From the NCBI GenBank assembly GCA_902766755.1, contig CACXEV010000089.1, positions 1 to 55,284 on the forward strand: a stretch of 55,284 nucleotides of DNA. The letters are read 5' to 3'. Position numbers and translations under genes: made by a program. Of this stretch, positions 47,806 through 55,284 are shown in pieces (within the stretch, counting starts at the first letter, position 1; each line of letters opens with the position of its first letter). Under the pieces are notes generated by a model, which was not told where the DNA came from, did no database searches, and saw nothing but the letters and a program-made list of their open reading frames with translations. Origin of the DNA: Oscillospiraceae bacterium (lineage in GTDB: Bacteria > Bacillota > Clostridia > Oscillospirales > Acutalibacteraceae).

Positions 47806-49224
47806 ATGAAAGTTTTATTTGCGGCAAGTGAGGCACTTCCTTTTGCAATGTCAGGTGGACTTGCTGATGTGGCAGGCGCACTCCCGAAGGCATTAAGACA
47901 CAGGCTTATCGGTTGCAGAGTAATTATGCCGCTTTACAGTACTATAAGTGAAGAGCTTAAAAATAAAATGAAGTTTATATGCCATATAACCGTGCCGGTT
48001 TCATGGCGGCGGCAGTATTGCGGTGTTTTTGAAGCGCATATTGACGGTGTTATTTATTATCTTATAGATAATCAGTATTATTTTAAGCGTGACGGGCTTT
48101 ACGGTTTTTATGACGATGCAGAGCGGTATGCATTTTTCTCTCGTGCTGTGCTTGAAGTTATCCCTTATATAGGCTTTACTCCCGATATTATTCACTGCAA
48201 CGATTGGCAGACGGCTATGATACCTGTATACCTTAATGAGATGTATAGGTCTGATGAGCGGTATAAAAACATTAAAACTGTATTTACGATACATAATATT
48301 CAGTATCAAGGAAAATACGGTATGGAGTTATACGGTGATGTGTTAGGACTCCCTGATGGCAGGGAAAGTATAGTTGAATACGATTCCTGCGTTAATCTTA
48401 TGAAGGGGGCTATTCAGTGTTCTGATAAGGTGACTACGGTGTCCCCTACCTATGCAAAGGAGATTTTAAGCCCGTATTATTCTCACGGTCTCGATGATAT
48501 TTTAAAGCAGTTTACCTATAAGCTTACCGGCATTGTAAACGGTATAGATACAGATGTTTATAATCCGGAAACCGACCCGGCAATATTTAAAAATTATACC
48601 GTAGATACAATAAGGAATAAGGCTGTTAACAAAGAGGAACTTCAAAAACAGATGAATTTGCCGGTTAAATCCGTACCGATTATAGGCATGGTAACACGCC
48701 TTGTAAAACATAAGGGATTAGATCTTGTGAAATGTGTTTTTGAGGAATTGTTAAAAGCAGACTTGCAATTTGTGATTTTAGGCTCCGGCGAGTGGGAGTT
48801 CGAAACATTTTTCTATGATATGGCAAAAAAACATCCCGATAAGGTGGCGCTGAAGCTCGGATTTGATGCCACCCTTGCCCATAGGATTTATGCTGGTGCC
48901 GATATTTTCTTGATGCCGAGTCAGAGCGAACCCTGCGGACTTGCTCAAATGGTGGCGTTGCGTTACGGAACAGTACCGATAGTCAGGAAAACCGGCGGTC
49001 TTAACGATACCATTTCGGATAGCGGTGACGGTTTGGGAAACGGTTTTACATTCGCCGATTTCAACGCTCACGATATGCAGAATGCCGTTTGGCGTGCAGT
49101 TGGCGGTTATGGAGATAAAAAAGGCTGGAATGTTTTGCGAACAAGGTGTATGAAGTGCGATAACAGTTGGGGTGCTTCTGCAAGGGCTTATATAGGACTA
49201 TATAGGGAACTTGTAGGAAAATAG
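47806..49224 (+). CDS. glgA: glycogen synthase
   Basis: 472-aa GT5 enzyme with N-terminus 'MKVLFAASEALPFAMSGGLADV'. Confidence 0.96.
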   Translation: MKVLFAASEALPFAMSGGLADVAGALPKALRHRLIGCRVIMPLYSTISEELKNKMKFICHITVPVSWRRQYCGVFEAHIDGVIYYLIDNQYYFKRDGLYGFYDDAERYAFFSRAVLEVIPYIGFTPDIIHCNDWQTAMIPVYLNEMYRSDERYKNIKTVFTIHNIQYQGKYGMELYGDVLGLPDGRESIVEYDSCVNLMKGAIQCSDKVTTVSPTYAKEILSPYYSHGLDDILKQFTYKLTGIVNGIDTDVYNPETDPAIFKNYTVDTIRNKAVNKEELQKQMNLPVKSVPIIGMVTRLVKHKGLDLVKCVFEELLKADLQFVILGSGEWEFETFFYDMAKKHPDKVALKLGFDATLAHRIYAGADIFLMPSQSEPCGLAQMVALRYGTVPIVRKTGGLNDTISDSGDGLGNGFTFADFNAHDMQNAVWRAVGGYGDKKGWNVLRTRCMKCDNSWGASARAYIGLYRELVGK

Positions 49225-49244
49225 TGTTGAAAATATGTTTTACG

Positions 49245-49283
49245 GCTCACAAGTGTTCTGATATGAACGCTTGCGAGCTTTTT
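49245..49283 (+). terminator. glg operon intrinsic terminator
   Basis: An 11-bp stem (GCTCACAAGTG / CGCTTGCGAGC, one mismatch) is followed by TTTTT. Confidence 0.75.
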
Positions 49284-49377
49284 CACATAGACTGTAATAA
49301 AAAAGTTTTTTGTTGTGTTTAGAAAAAGTAAAAACGGGCAAAAATACTGATAGAACAGTTCGGAGTGTGAAATAACA

Positions 49378-49722
49378 ATGAATGTAAAACGCGGAGAAAT
49401 ATACTATGCTGATTTAAGCCCTGTGATTGGTTCTGAGCAGGGGGGTATCAGGCCGGTACTTATAGTCCAAAATGATGTTGGGAATAAATACAGTCCTACT
49501 GTTATCGCTGCTGCAATAACCAGTCAACAGGATAAAAGCAACCTTCCCACACATATAAATTTAAGTGCTTCAGGCAGTGGACTGTCGAAGGATTCGATAG
49601 TTTTGCTTGAACAGGTGCGTACAATAGATAAAACCCGGCTTAAGGAGAAAATGGGCACGCTGGACAACAAATCTATGAATATGGTGGACAAGGCAATATC
49701 AGTCAGCTTCGGTCTTAATTAA
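49378..49722 (+). CDS. mazF: PemK/MazF-family endoribonuclease toxin
   Basis: 114 aa. 'KRGEIYYADLSPVIGSEQGGIRPVLIVQNDVGNKYSPTVIAAAITS' closely resembles Bacillus EndoA/NdoA. Confidence 0.92.
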   Translation: MNVKRGEIYYADLSPVIGSEQGGIRPVLIVQNDVGNKYSPTVIAAAITSQQDKSNLPTHINLSASGSGLSKDSIVLLEQVRTIDKTRLKEKMGTLDNKSMNMVDKAISVSFGLN

Positions 49723-49728
49723 AACAGC

Positions 49729-49757
49729 TTGACATTTCCGCCAAATTAAAGTAAAAT
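49729..49757 (+). promoter_or_regulatory. tRNA-Leu promoter (TTGACA-17-TAAAAT)
   Basis: Hexamers sit at 49729-49734 and 49752-49757. Confidence 0.7.
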
Positions 49758-49782
49758 AAGTTGGTCTTAAAAGACCGATTAA

Positions 49783-49866
49783 GCGGGTGTGGCGGAACTG
49801 GCAGACGCGCTAGACTTAGGATCTAGTGTCCATGACATGCAGGTTCGATTCCTGTCACCCGCACCA
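49783..49866 (+). tRNA. tRNA-Leu (anticodon TAG), long variable arm, CCA encoded
   Basis: The fold is GCGGGTG ... CTAGA-CTTAGGA-TCTAG ... GCAGG-TTCGATT-CCTGT-CACCCGC-A-CCA. Confidence 0.92.
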
Positions 49867-49870
49867 TGTT

Positions 49871-49911
49871 GAGTGTTCATAACGCAAGTGAGTTATGGAC
49901 ACTCAGTTTTT
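49871..49911 (+). terminator. tRNA-Leu intrinsic terminator
   Basis: A 13-bp stem (GAGTGTTCATAAC / GTTATGGACACTC) is followed by AGTTTTT. Confidence 0.85.
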
Positions 49912-50086
49912 CTATATATTCAAGTTATCTGGTTTTCGTATGTATGTGAGCAGGCTCGGTGAGTTTGTTCGTTTTTCTTTTTCAGCCGATAGCAACGGTT
50001 ACGCATCTTTCAAAAGTGCGTAACCCACTATGACACTTTCAGCTGTGCTGCAAAGATGTCACTCATGGGCTCTTCGAGATTTAATA

Positions 50087-50116
50087 TTGCCATTTTTGTA
50101 TGTGGTGTGCTATACT
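50087..50116 (+). promoter_or_regulatory. candidate promoter (TTGCCA-18-TGcTATACT)
   Basis: Hexamers sit at 50087-50092 and 50111-50116 with a TGn extension. Confidence 0.5.
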
Positions 50117-50197
50117 ATTGTTGCGACGCAACTTAATATGCACTTGTCATGGGTGTTTTTTACTATTTGGTAAAAATGCACTCTCTTTTCCGCATTC

Positions 50198-50602
50198 ATG
50201 ATAAGCGTTGGAAGTTGTGTCGCAGCAATCGGAGTTGTGCATTTTTCGGTGCGTAGCTTCGGCATAATCTGCGGGGAATTGCCGCGCGATCCGAGCCGGG
50301 CAGTGGGGAAAGTAATCTCCGCTGATAAACTTTTTTCCTCTGAAAAACAAGAAGGTAAGCTTAATTATAAAGAGGCGTTTCTTAATCCGCCGTATGGAGT
50401 AAACTGCAACGAAGAGGATTTTGCGCGAGTAAACGCGGCTCTTTTCCCTAACGGAACAGAAGAACTCGATGTATATGAATGGAGTACGGACTGGTCGAAA
50501 TATTTTGACGACGGTCACGAGTGGTGGGGTACGCTGTGCTTTACGGTTTATGATAAAACACTTAACCGTTTTGCGGTAATTATGGCGTCCGCAACGGATT
50601 GA
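50198..50602 (+). CDS. hypothetical protein with conserved-looking C-terminal motif 'YEWSTDWSKYFDDGHEWWGTLCFTVYDK...VIMASATD'
   Basis: This is the longest ORF on this strand. The first 35 aa or so look non-protein-like and lack an RBS. An in-frame GTG at 50303 would give a 100-aa product. Confidence 0.5.
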   Translation: MISVGSCVAAIGVVHFSVRSFGIICGELPRDPSRAVGKVISADKLFSSEKQEGKLNYKEAFLNPPYGVNCNEEDFARVNAALFPNGTEELDVYEWSTDWSKYFDDGHEWWGTLCFTVYDKTLNRFAVIMASATD

Positions 50603-50653
50603 GCCGGATATCCTGAAAAACAGTGTAATAATCGGAAAAAGGGGGTAAGCAAA

Positions 50654-52321
50654 ATGAGCGTGGCAAAAAAGGCGCTTGCCAGGCTGGTGCTATATTACCT
50701 GTTGCTTGCAATAAATATTATTCCCTGTGCGAGTATCCTTCCCGATGTGTTTCCTACGCGTAATGTATCTACATTGTATCTGCTTATCCTTTCCGCGTGC
50801 CTTATAAGGTACTATTCCTATCGCGTGTCGGGCAGCGGCGCATTGCCGCTTATGATGAAGTTGCTTTCCTGGATGGAGTTTCTTCTGATACTGCTTCGCG
50901 GCGTTAAATACAGCGTCTTTGCCGGCGTGGGCGTTTTGGCGCGGCACACCTGGTATCTTTACTATGTGCCTATGCTCCTTATTTCCTTGTTTTTCTTCTA
51001 TATTTCACTGGTTGTATCACCCGAGGGCAATTTGCGTTTTCCCAAAAAATGGCTCTGGACCGCGGTAATCACCGCCGTTTTCATATTGCTTGTGTTGACT
51101 AATGATTTGCACCGGTCTGTTTTCCGCTTCAAACCCGGATTTGCAAATTGGGACAATGATTATTATTACGGAATACTGTTTTATATAATAACTTTTTGGC
51201 AATATTTTCTTTATATTGCGGCGGTGCTTATTCTCGGAGTCAAGTGCCGTATCGGAAGCTCTAAAAAGAACGCATGGCTTACCGCCATACCTTTCTTTAT
51301 CGGTATTTTGATGAGTGTGCTTCTTGTTACCGGCAGGATGCCTGTAATAAACGGCTCTTATATAATCGAGTTTCCCGAAGCGCTGATGTTCATGGTTGCT
51401 GGGGTGCTTGAATGTTGTATGCAGATAGGGCTGATTCCCACAAATAAGAGCTATGGTAAGTTTTTCAGTATTCTGTCTATTTCCGCGCAGATAACCGACC
51501 GCGAGGGTAAACCGGTATACCTTTCAGAGTGTGCCGCGCCTCTTAAAAAAGAGCAGTTTTCAATGCCGGACGGCGCGCGGATAGATGAACATACCGTACT
51601 GCATAAAATGAAGTTGCCCGGCGGCTTTGGCTTTTGGCAGGATGATTTGACAGAGCTTGATAATTTGAATTGTCAGCTTGAAGAGGCAAAAGAGGCGTTA
51701 GCGCAGGAGGCGGAGCTTACAAGGCTTAAAAATGAATTAAGGGAAAAAGAAATCAAAATAGAACAGCGCACAGCCGTTTATGATGAAATTGCCAGGCATA
51801 CACGCCGCCAGTCGGAGGCAATATCCGCTCTGGCGGGGCAGGCGCGGTTATCGGATGACCCGGCGATTAAAGAGGCAAATCGCAATCGCATCACATTGCT
51901 TGCGTCTTATATAAAACGCTATGCAAATCTTATGTTGATGGCATTTGAAAGCAAAACAATCGAAACAGGCGAATTGGGACTTTCCTTTTCCGAGGTGCTT
52001 CGATATCTTAATATTTCCGGCATACCGGGTGAGCTTCTCAATACGGCGCAGGGCGGAATTCCAAGTGAGGCGGCGCTTTCGGTTTTTGAGGCGTTCGGAG
52101 CCCTTATTCTTGATAATATTATGTTTTTAAAGGGCGTGTTTATAAATCTTTCGTCGGGAGAAGGCACAATTTTTAAATTTACTCTTGAAAACCTCAAAGC
52201 ACCGCTTTCAGATGAAGAAAAAGAGCGGCTGGCCCGTTCGGGCGTTACTTGCGATACAGTATGTGAGGATGGCGTTACTTACCTCAGCCTTTCGCCTACC
52301 GGAAGGAGGGAGGCCGTATGA
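50654..52321 (+). CDS. 8-TM membrane sensor with degenerate histidine-kinase core (pseudo-kinase)
   Basis: 555 aa with about 8 N-terminal TM helices, a coiled coil and a DHp-like helix 'RTAVYDEIARH' carrying Tyr where the downstream paralog has His. The C-terminal CA-like domain lacks a G-box. Confidence 0.7.
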   Translation: MSVAKKALARLVLYYLLLAINIIPCASILPDVFPTRNVSTLYLLILSACLIRYYSYRVSGSGALPLMMKLLSWMEFLLILLRGVKYSVFAGVGVLARHTWYLYYVPMLLISLFFFYISLVVSPEGNLRFPKKWLWTAVITAVFILLVLTNDLHRSVFRFKPGFANWDNDYYYGILFYIITFWQYFLYIAAVLILGVKCRIGSSKKNAWLTAIPFFIGILMSVLLVTGRMPVINGSYIIEFPEALMFMVAGVLECCMQIGLIPTNKSYGKFFSILSISAQITDREGKPVYLSECAAPLKKEQFSMPDGARIDEHTVLHKMKLPGGFGFWQDDLTELDNLNCQLEEAKEALAQEAELTRLKNELREKEIKIEQRTAVYDEIARHTRRQSEAISALAGQARLSDDPAIKEANRNRITLLASYIKRYANLMLMAFESKTIETGELGLSFSEVLRYLNISGIPGELLNTAQGGIPSEAALSVFEAFGALILDNIMFLKGVFINLSSGEGTIFKFTLENLKAPLSDEEKERLARSGVTCDTVCEDGVTYLSLSPTGRREAV

Positions 52322-53559
52322 TATCCGTATTAAATATGTCAGAGCTTAACCGGTCGTTTTTCTCGCTTTGGACATTGTTGCTTTGCATTATATGTATTTT
52401 CAGTATGATTATTTCGGTTACTCAAAAAAGGTACCGCTTCGCCGCAATTTCGCTGATTCCTTTTTTCTGCGGTTATTTTATGTGGCAGGCGCTTTTCGAT
52501 GTTCATCTGGCAGGCGGCGGAAGCGATATTTCGGTTATAACCCGGCGGCTTTGCAGATTTTCTCCTGCAGTCTGGGTTTCGGCACTGCTCGTGCTGACCG
52601 CGGCGGCGGTTGCCGCGTTGTTGCTTTGTGTCCGCTATGGTAAGCGCAGTATTACGCCTAATGCCGTAAAGCAGTGTCTTGACAGTATACCCTGCGGCGT
52701 ATGTTGCTTTAGTGATAACGGAATGGTACTCTTTTCGAATGTTTGTATGAGAAATCTGTGCGTAGCCGTCACAGGCGGCAGACTGTTTAGCGGCAAACAG
52801 TTTTATGAAGCGGTAGGCAATTCCGTTTTAATGGTTGAAGGCAGGCGTTGGTGCTTTACCTGCCGCGATATCCTGCTTGACGGCGAGCGTTTGCATGAAA
52901 TGACGGCTTCCGATGTCACGGCGGAATATGCCAAAACAGAGGCGCTTGAAAGGGATAAAGCCGAGCTGTCAAAGCTTAACATTGAGCTTAAAGAATACAC
53001 TCTCGGTATAGACGATGCCGTAAGGCGTAACGAAATATTACAGGCAAAGGTAAATATCCACGATGAAATGAACCGCCTTATGCTTTCCACACAGGCGGCG
53101 AAAATCGGCGGCGCTCAGGATGAAAACAATATTTTTTCGTTATGGGAACGAAACGCTCTCCTTTTGTGTATGGAGGCTGAAAGCGCGGAGGACGCAAGCG
53201 CCGTAAGCCGGATTACAGACCTTGCAAAGGCGCTTAATATAAAGCTTTTGTGGGACGGTGTTCTGCCGCCGGCGCTTTACGGAGCGAGAAAAAATTTATT
53301 TTTCTCGGCGGCGCGCGAGGCGATAGCTAACGCCGCAAAGCATTCCGGAGCGGGGAAAATGGAAATTTCATTTGAGGAAACGAACGGTTATACTTATTGC
53401 CGCTTTACTAATGACGGACGCGTTCCTTCAGGCGAGGTGCGCTTTGCCGGGGGACTTTACAATCTTTCCGTGCTTGCAAAAAAATACGGCGCTGTTGTTT
53501 CCGTAAATACGGATAAGGATTTCACGGTCGAGTTGCGCTTTGAAAATGAGCCTGCGTAA
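52318..53559 (+). CDS. sensor histidine kinase (HisKA_3-like DHp + HATPase_c)
   Basis: 413 aa with 3 TM helices and a PAS-like segment. H-box 'KVNIHDEMNRL', N-box 'EAIANAAKHSGA', 'TNDG', and G-box 'GGLYNL'. There is an ATGA overlap with the upstream gene. Confidence 0.85.
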   Translation: MISVLNMSELNRSFFSLWTLLLCIICIFSMIISVTQKRYRFAAISLIPFFCGYFMWQALFDVHLAGGGSDISVITRRLCRFSPAVWVSALLVLTAAAVAALLLCVRYGKRSITPNAVKQCLDSIPCGVCCFSDNGMVLFSNVCMRNLCVAVTGGRLFSGKQFYEAVGNSVLMVEGRRWCFTCRDILLDGERLHEMTASDVTAEYAKTEALERDKAELSKLNIELKEYTLGIDDAVRRNEILQAKVNIHDEMNRLMLSTQAAKIGGAQDENNIFSLWERNALLLCMEAESAEDASAVSRITDLAKALNIKLLWDGVLPPALYGARKNLFFSAAREAIANAAKHSGAGKMEISFEETNGYTYCRFTNDGRVPSGEVRFAGGLYNLSVLAKKYGAVVSVNTDKDFTVELRFENEPA

Positions 53560-53598
53560 CAGTAGCTTTAATTAAACAGTAATAAGGAGGGCGACAGA

Positions 53599-54231
53599 TT
53601 GCCTTACAATGTACTTATAGTAGAGGACCAGGATATTCCGCGCGAGCTTTTTGAAATATATATAAAGTCAAGCGGTATTTTTAATCATCTGCTGTCAATT
53701 CAGAGCGCTTCCGCGGCGCTCTCGGTTTGCCGAAATAACAAGGTAGATTTGATACTTATGGATGTAATGACAGAGCTTGAAAGCAGCGGACTTGGCGCGG
53801 CGCAGGAAATAAAATCACAGTTCCCCGATATAAAAATCATAATAGTAACATCCATGCCTGAATACTCATGGCTTGGCAGGGCAAGGGAAATAGGTGTGGA
53901 CTCCTTTTGGTATAAGGACGGGCAAAAGGACAGTATCCTCGATGTTATGAAACGCACTATGGCAGGTGAGCATATCTATCCGGACAGTACGCCTCTCATA
54001 TCAATAGGCAACGCAACAAACCACGATTTCACCAAAAGGGAGCTTGATGTTCTGAAAGAGCTTACCACAGGCGATACCAATGCGGAAATCGCAAAACGGC
54101 TGTTTATTTCGGTGCCTACGGTTAAAAGCCATATCGGGCACCTTATGGAGAAAACGGGATTTAAAACCCGTACCGAGCTTGTATCCGAGGCAAGGGGGCT
54201 CGGTATCGTTATAAAAGAAAAAACGCAATAA
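53599..54231 (+). CDS. LuxR/NarL-family response regulator
   Basis: 210 aa with a REC domain ('VLIVEDQD', 'DLILMDV') and an HTH ('TKRELDVLKELTTGDTNAEIAKRLFISVPTVKSHI'). TTG start follows AAGGAGG. Confidence 0.92.
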   Translation: MPYNVLIVEDQDIPRELFEIYIKSSGIFNHLLSIQSASAALSVCRNNKVDLILMDVMTELESSGLGAAQEIKSQFPDIKIIIVTSMPEYSWLGRAREIGVDSFWYKDGQKDSILDVMKRTMAGEHIYPDSTPLISIGNATNHDFTKRELDVLKELTTGDTNAEIAKRLFISVPTVKSHIGHLMEKTGFKTRTELVSEARGLGIVIKEKTQ

Positions 54232-54260
54232 ACCACCTAACGGTTTAAGCGGTATAAAAC

Positions 54261-54290
54261 GGCGGGCGGATGTTTAAACATCCGCCCGCC
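54261..54290 (+). terminator. GC-rich perfect palindrome (GGCGGGCGGATGTTT / AAACATCCGCCCGCC) after the regulator gene
   Basis: Read directly. There is no clear U-tract, so terminator function is tentative. Confidence 0.5.
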
Positions 54291-54395
54291 TGATGTCTGA
54301 AATCTAATATATCATCCTTTTGGCTGATGTTTGCAATAAAATAATACTTTATAATATATGCGGATCGTTATATCTTAAAAAAGGGGATAGATAGG

Positions 54396-55284
54396 ATGAA
54401 AAAAAGAATTTTAAGCATTTTACTTTGCGCGGCGCTTGTCTTCGGCGCCCTGCCTTTAGGGCTGTTCACCTTCACGGCGGCGGCTGACACCGTACCGGAA
54501 CTTACAAACCTTGTCGGCAGGTGGGACGGTGACAACTACTACATCACCTTTGACAAGGTCGAAGGAGCCGTTAGGTACAATTTCAACTGGAGCATGACCC
54601 AGGGTACCACCCTGTACCAAAGCTCTTTTGAATTGGCAGATAAAATTACCTGCATTATTACAAAACCCTATTTTTACATAAACGCCAGCGCCCCTTACTG
54701 GGTAAATATAGATGTAAAAGATAAGTACGGCGACAGCATCGCGCACTCTTATCACAGCATAAAATCCCCATACGAAAAGGTGCTTGGCTATCCCGGAAAC
54801 CTCTATCTTTCGCCTACGGGGGTACTTGTTTTCGACCCGGTCGAAAACGCCGAAACCTACGAAGTACGCCTGGAGTATAACTATACTCACCTTAAAACCT
54901 ATTTTGTTTCGGGTAATAACCCATGTGTTGATATGAGCGAATGGGTTAATTCCGATAAAGAAGGCAAGGTATTTTCGGTGAGAATTACAAGCATTGCCGC
55001 GGAGCGTTACGGCAAGTACCGCGAAAGTGATACCGGTAGTAAAGGTTTAAAATATTCGGCTTCTAACCCACTCGGCGGAACGGTCACAATCAACTCCGAC
55101 CGCACGGTTACCTGCGGCCATTACCTTAAATATCTTAACGAGCGTACAAGCACGCCGCTGCATCTTCAGTGGCAGCACTATGATTCGGACGCCGAAGATA
55201 TCGAAAACGCCTGGGTAAATATTACCGAATCGCAAAAGGCAAGCTACCCGGTACAGGAGCTGCGCGTTATCGTTACCGCTGACG
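54396..55284 (+). CDS. secreted protein with signal peptide and repeated Fn3/Ig-like modules (3' end outside the window)
   Basis: ATG at 54396 follows AAGGGGA. The signal peptide is 'MKKRILSILLCAALVFGALPLGLFTFTAAA'. I translated it by hand with no stop up to 55284. The motif recurs as 'FDKVEGAVRYNF' and 'FDPVENAETYEV'. This ORF is absent from the ORF track because it is open-ended. Confidence 0.75.
   Translation, partial: MKKRILSILLCAALVFGALPLGLFTFTAAADTVPELTNLVGRWDGDNYYITFDKVEGAVRYNFNWSMTQGTTLYQSSFELADKITCIITKPYFYINASAPYWVNIDVKDKYGDSIAHSYHSIKSPYEKVLGYPGNLYLSPTGVLVFDPVENAETYEVRLEYNYTHLKTYFVSGNNPCVDMSEWVNSDKEGKVFSVRITSIAAERYGKYRESDTGSKGLKYSASNPLGGTVTINSDRTVTCGHYLKYLNERTSTPLHLQWQHYDSDAEDIENAWVNITESQKASYPVQELRVIVTAD

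Noticed and set aside
50147-50518. 123-aa minus-strand ORF overlapping the 50198-50602 gene
   Set aside because: The plus-strand frame contains a coherent, domain-like C-terminal sequence and follows a plausible promoter. The minus-strand product is Arg/Phe/Ile-rich with no motif. The plus-strand call remains uncertain.
54456-54890. 144-aa minus-strand ORF (and 55047-55235, minus strand)
   Set aside because: Both are antisense to the open-ended plus-strand ORF, which has a clear signal peptide and repeated motifs.
1-55284. CRISPR arrays, transposases, integrases, reverse transcriptases, restriction-modification or other recognisable defence genes
   Set aside because: I found no evenly spaced repeat array and no ORF with the corresponding motifs. 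The only long exact repeat is the 59-bp pair at tRNA-Arg.

Overview
This is a low-GC Firmicute (Clostridia-like) chromosomal window. The ylmC/ymxH-type gene suggests a spore-former. Most of it is core housekeeping DNA packed into tight operons.

Gene content in order:
- An XRE repressor divergent from a membrane-protein gene.
- uvrA.
- An uncharacterised DUF5685 / J-domain / membrane-protein triad.
- argC-J-B-D-F-carA-carB on the minus strand, with ARG-box-like operators.
- A TrpR-like yerC gene fused onto a complete hisZGDCBHAF-IE-hisK operon.
- rnfCDGEAB on the minus strand.
- cls plus a small peptide gene.
- rpsF-ssb-rpsR.
- A fused MacB-type ABC ATPase/permease, a class A PBP and an SGNH hydrolase.
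- tRNA-Arg(TCT), dCMP deaminase, a HAD phosphatase, rpmB and ogg.
- Three small membrane-protein genes and ylmC.
- glgB-C-D-A.
- A solitary mazF and tRNA-Leu(TAG).
- A visibly more GC-rich block with a hypothetical gene, an 8-TM pseudo-kinase, a histidine kinase, a LuxR-type response regulator and a 3'-truncated secreted repeat protein.

I found no CRISPR array, transposase, integrase, reverse transcriptase or recognisable defence system.

The observations most worth following up are:
1. The pseudo-kinase + kinase + regulator module sitting next to tRNA-Leu.
2. The DUF5685 / cysteine-string J-protein / membrane triad.
3. REP-like GTAG-plus-palindrome elements in two intergenic regions.
4. A 59-bp duplication scar at the 3' end of tRNA-Arg.
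5. The antitoxin-less mazF.

All family assignments come from motif recognition by eye, not from database searches.
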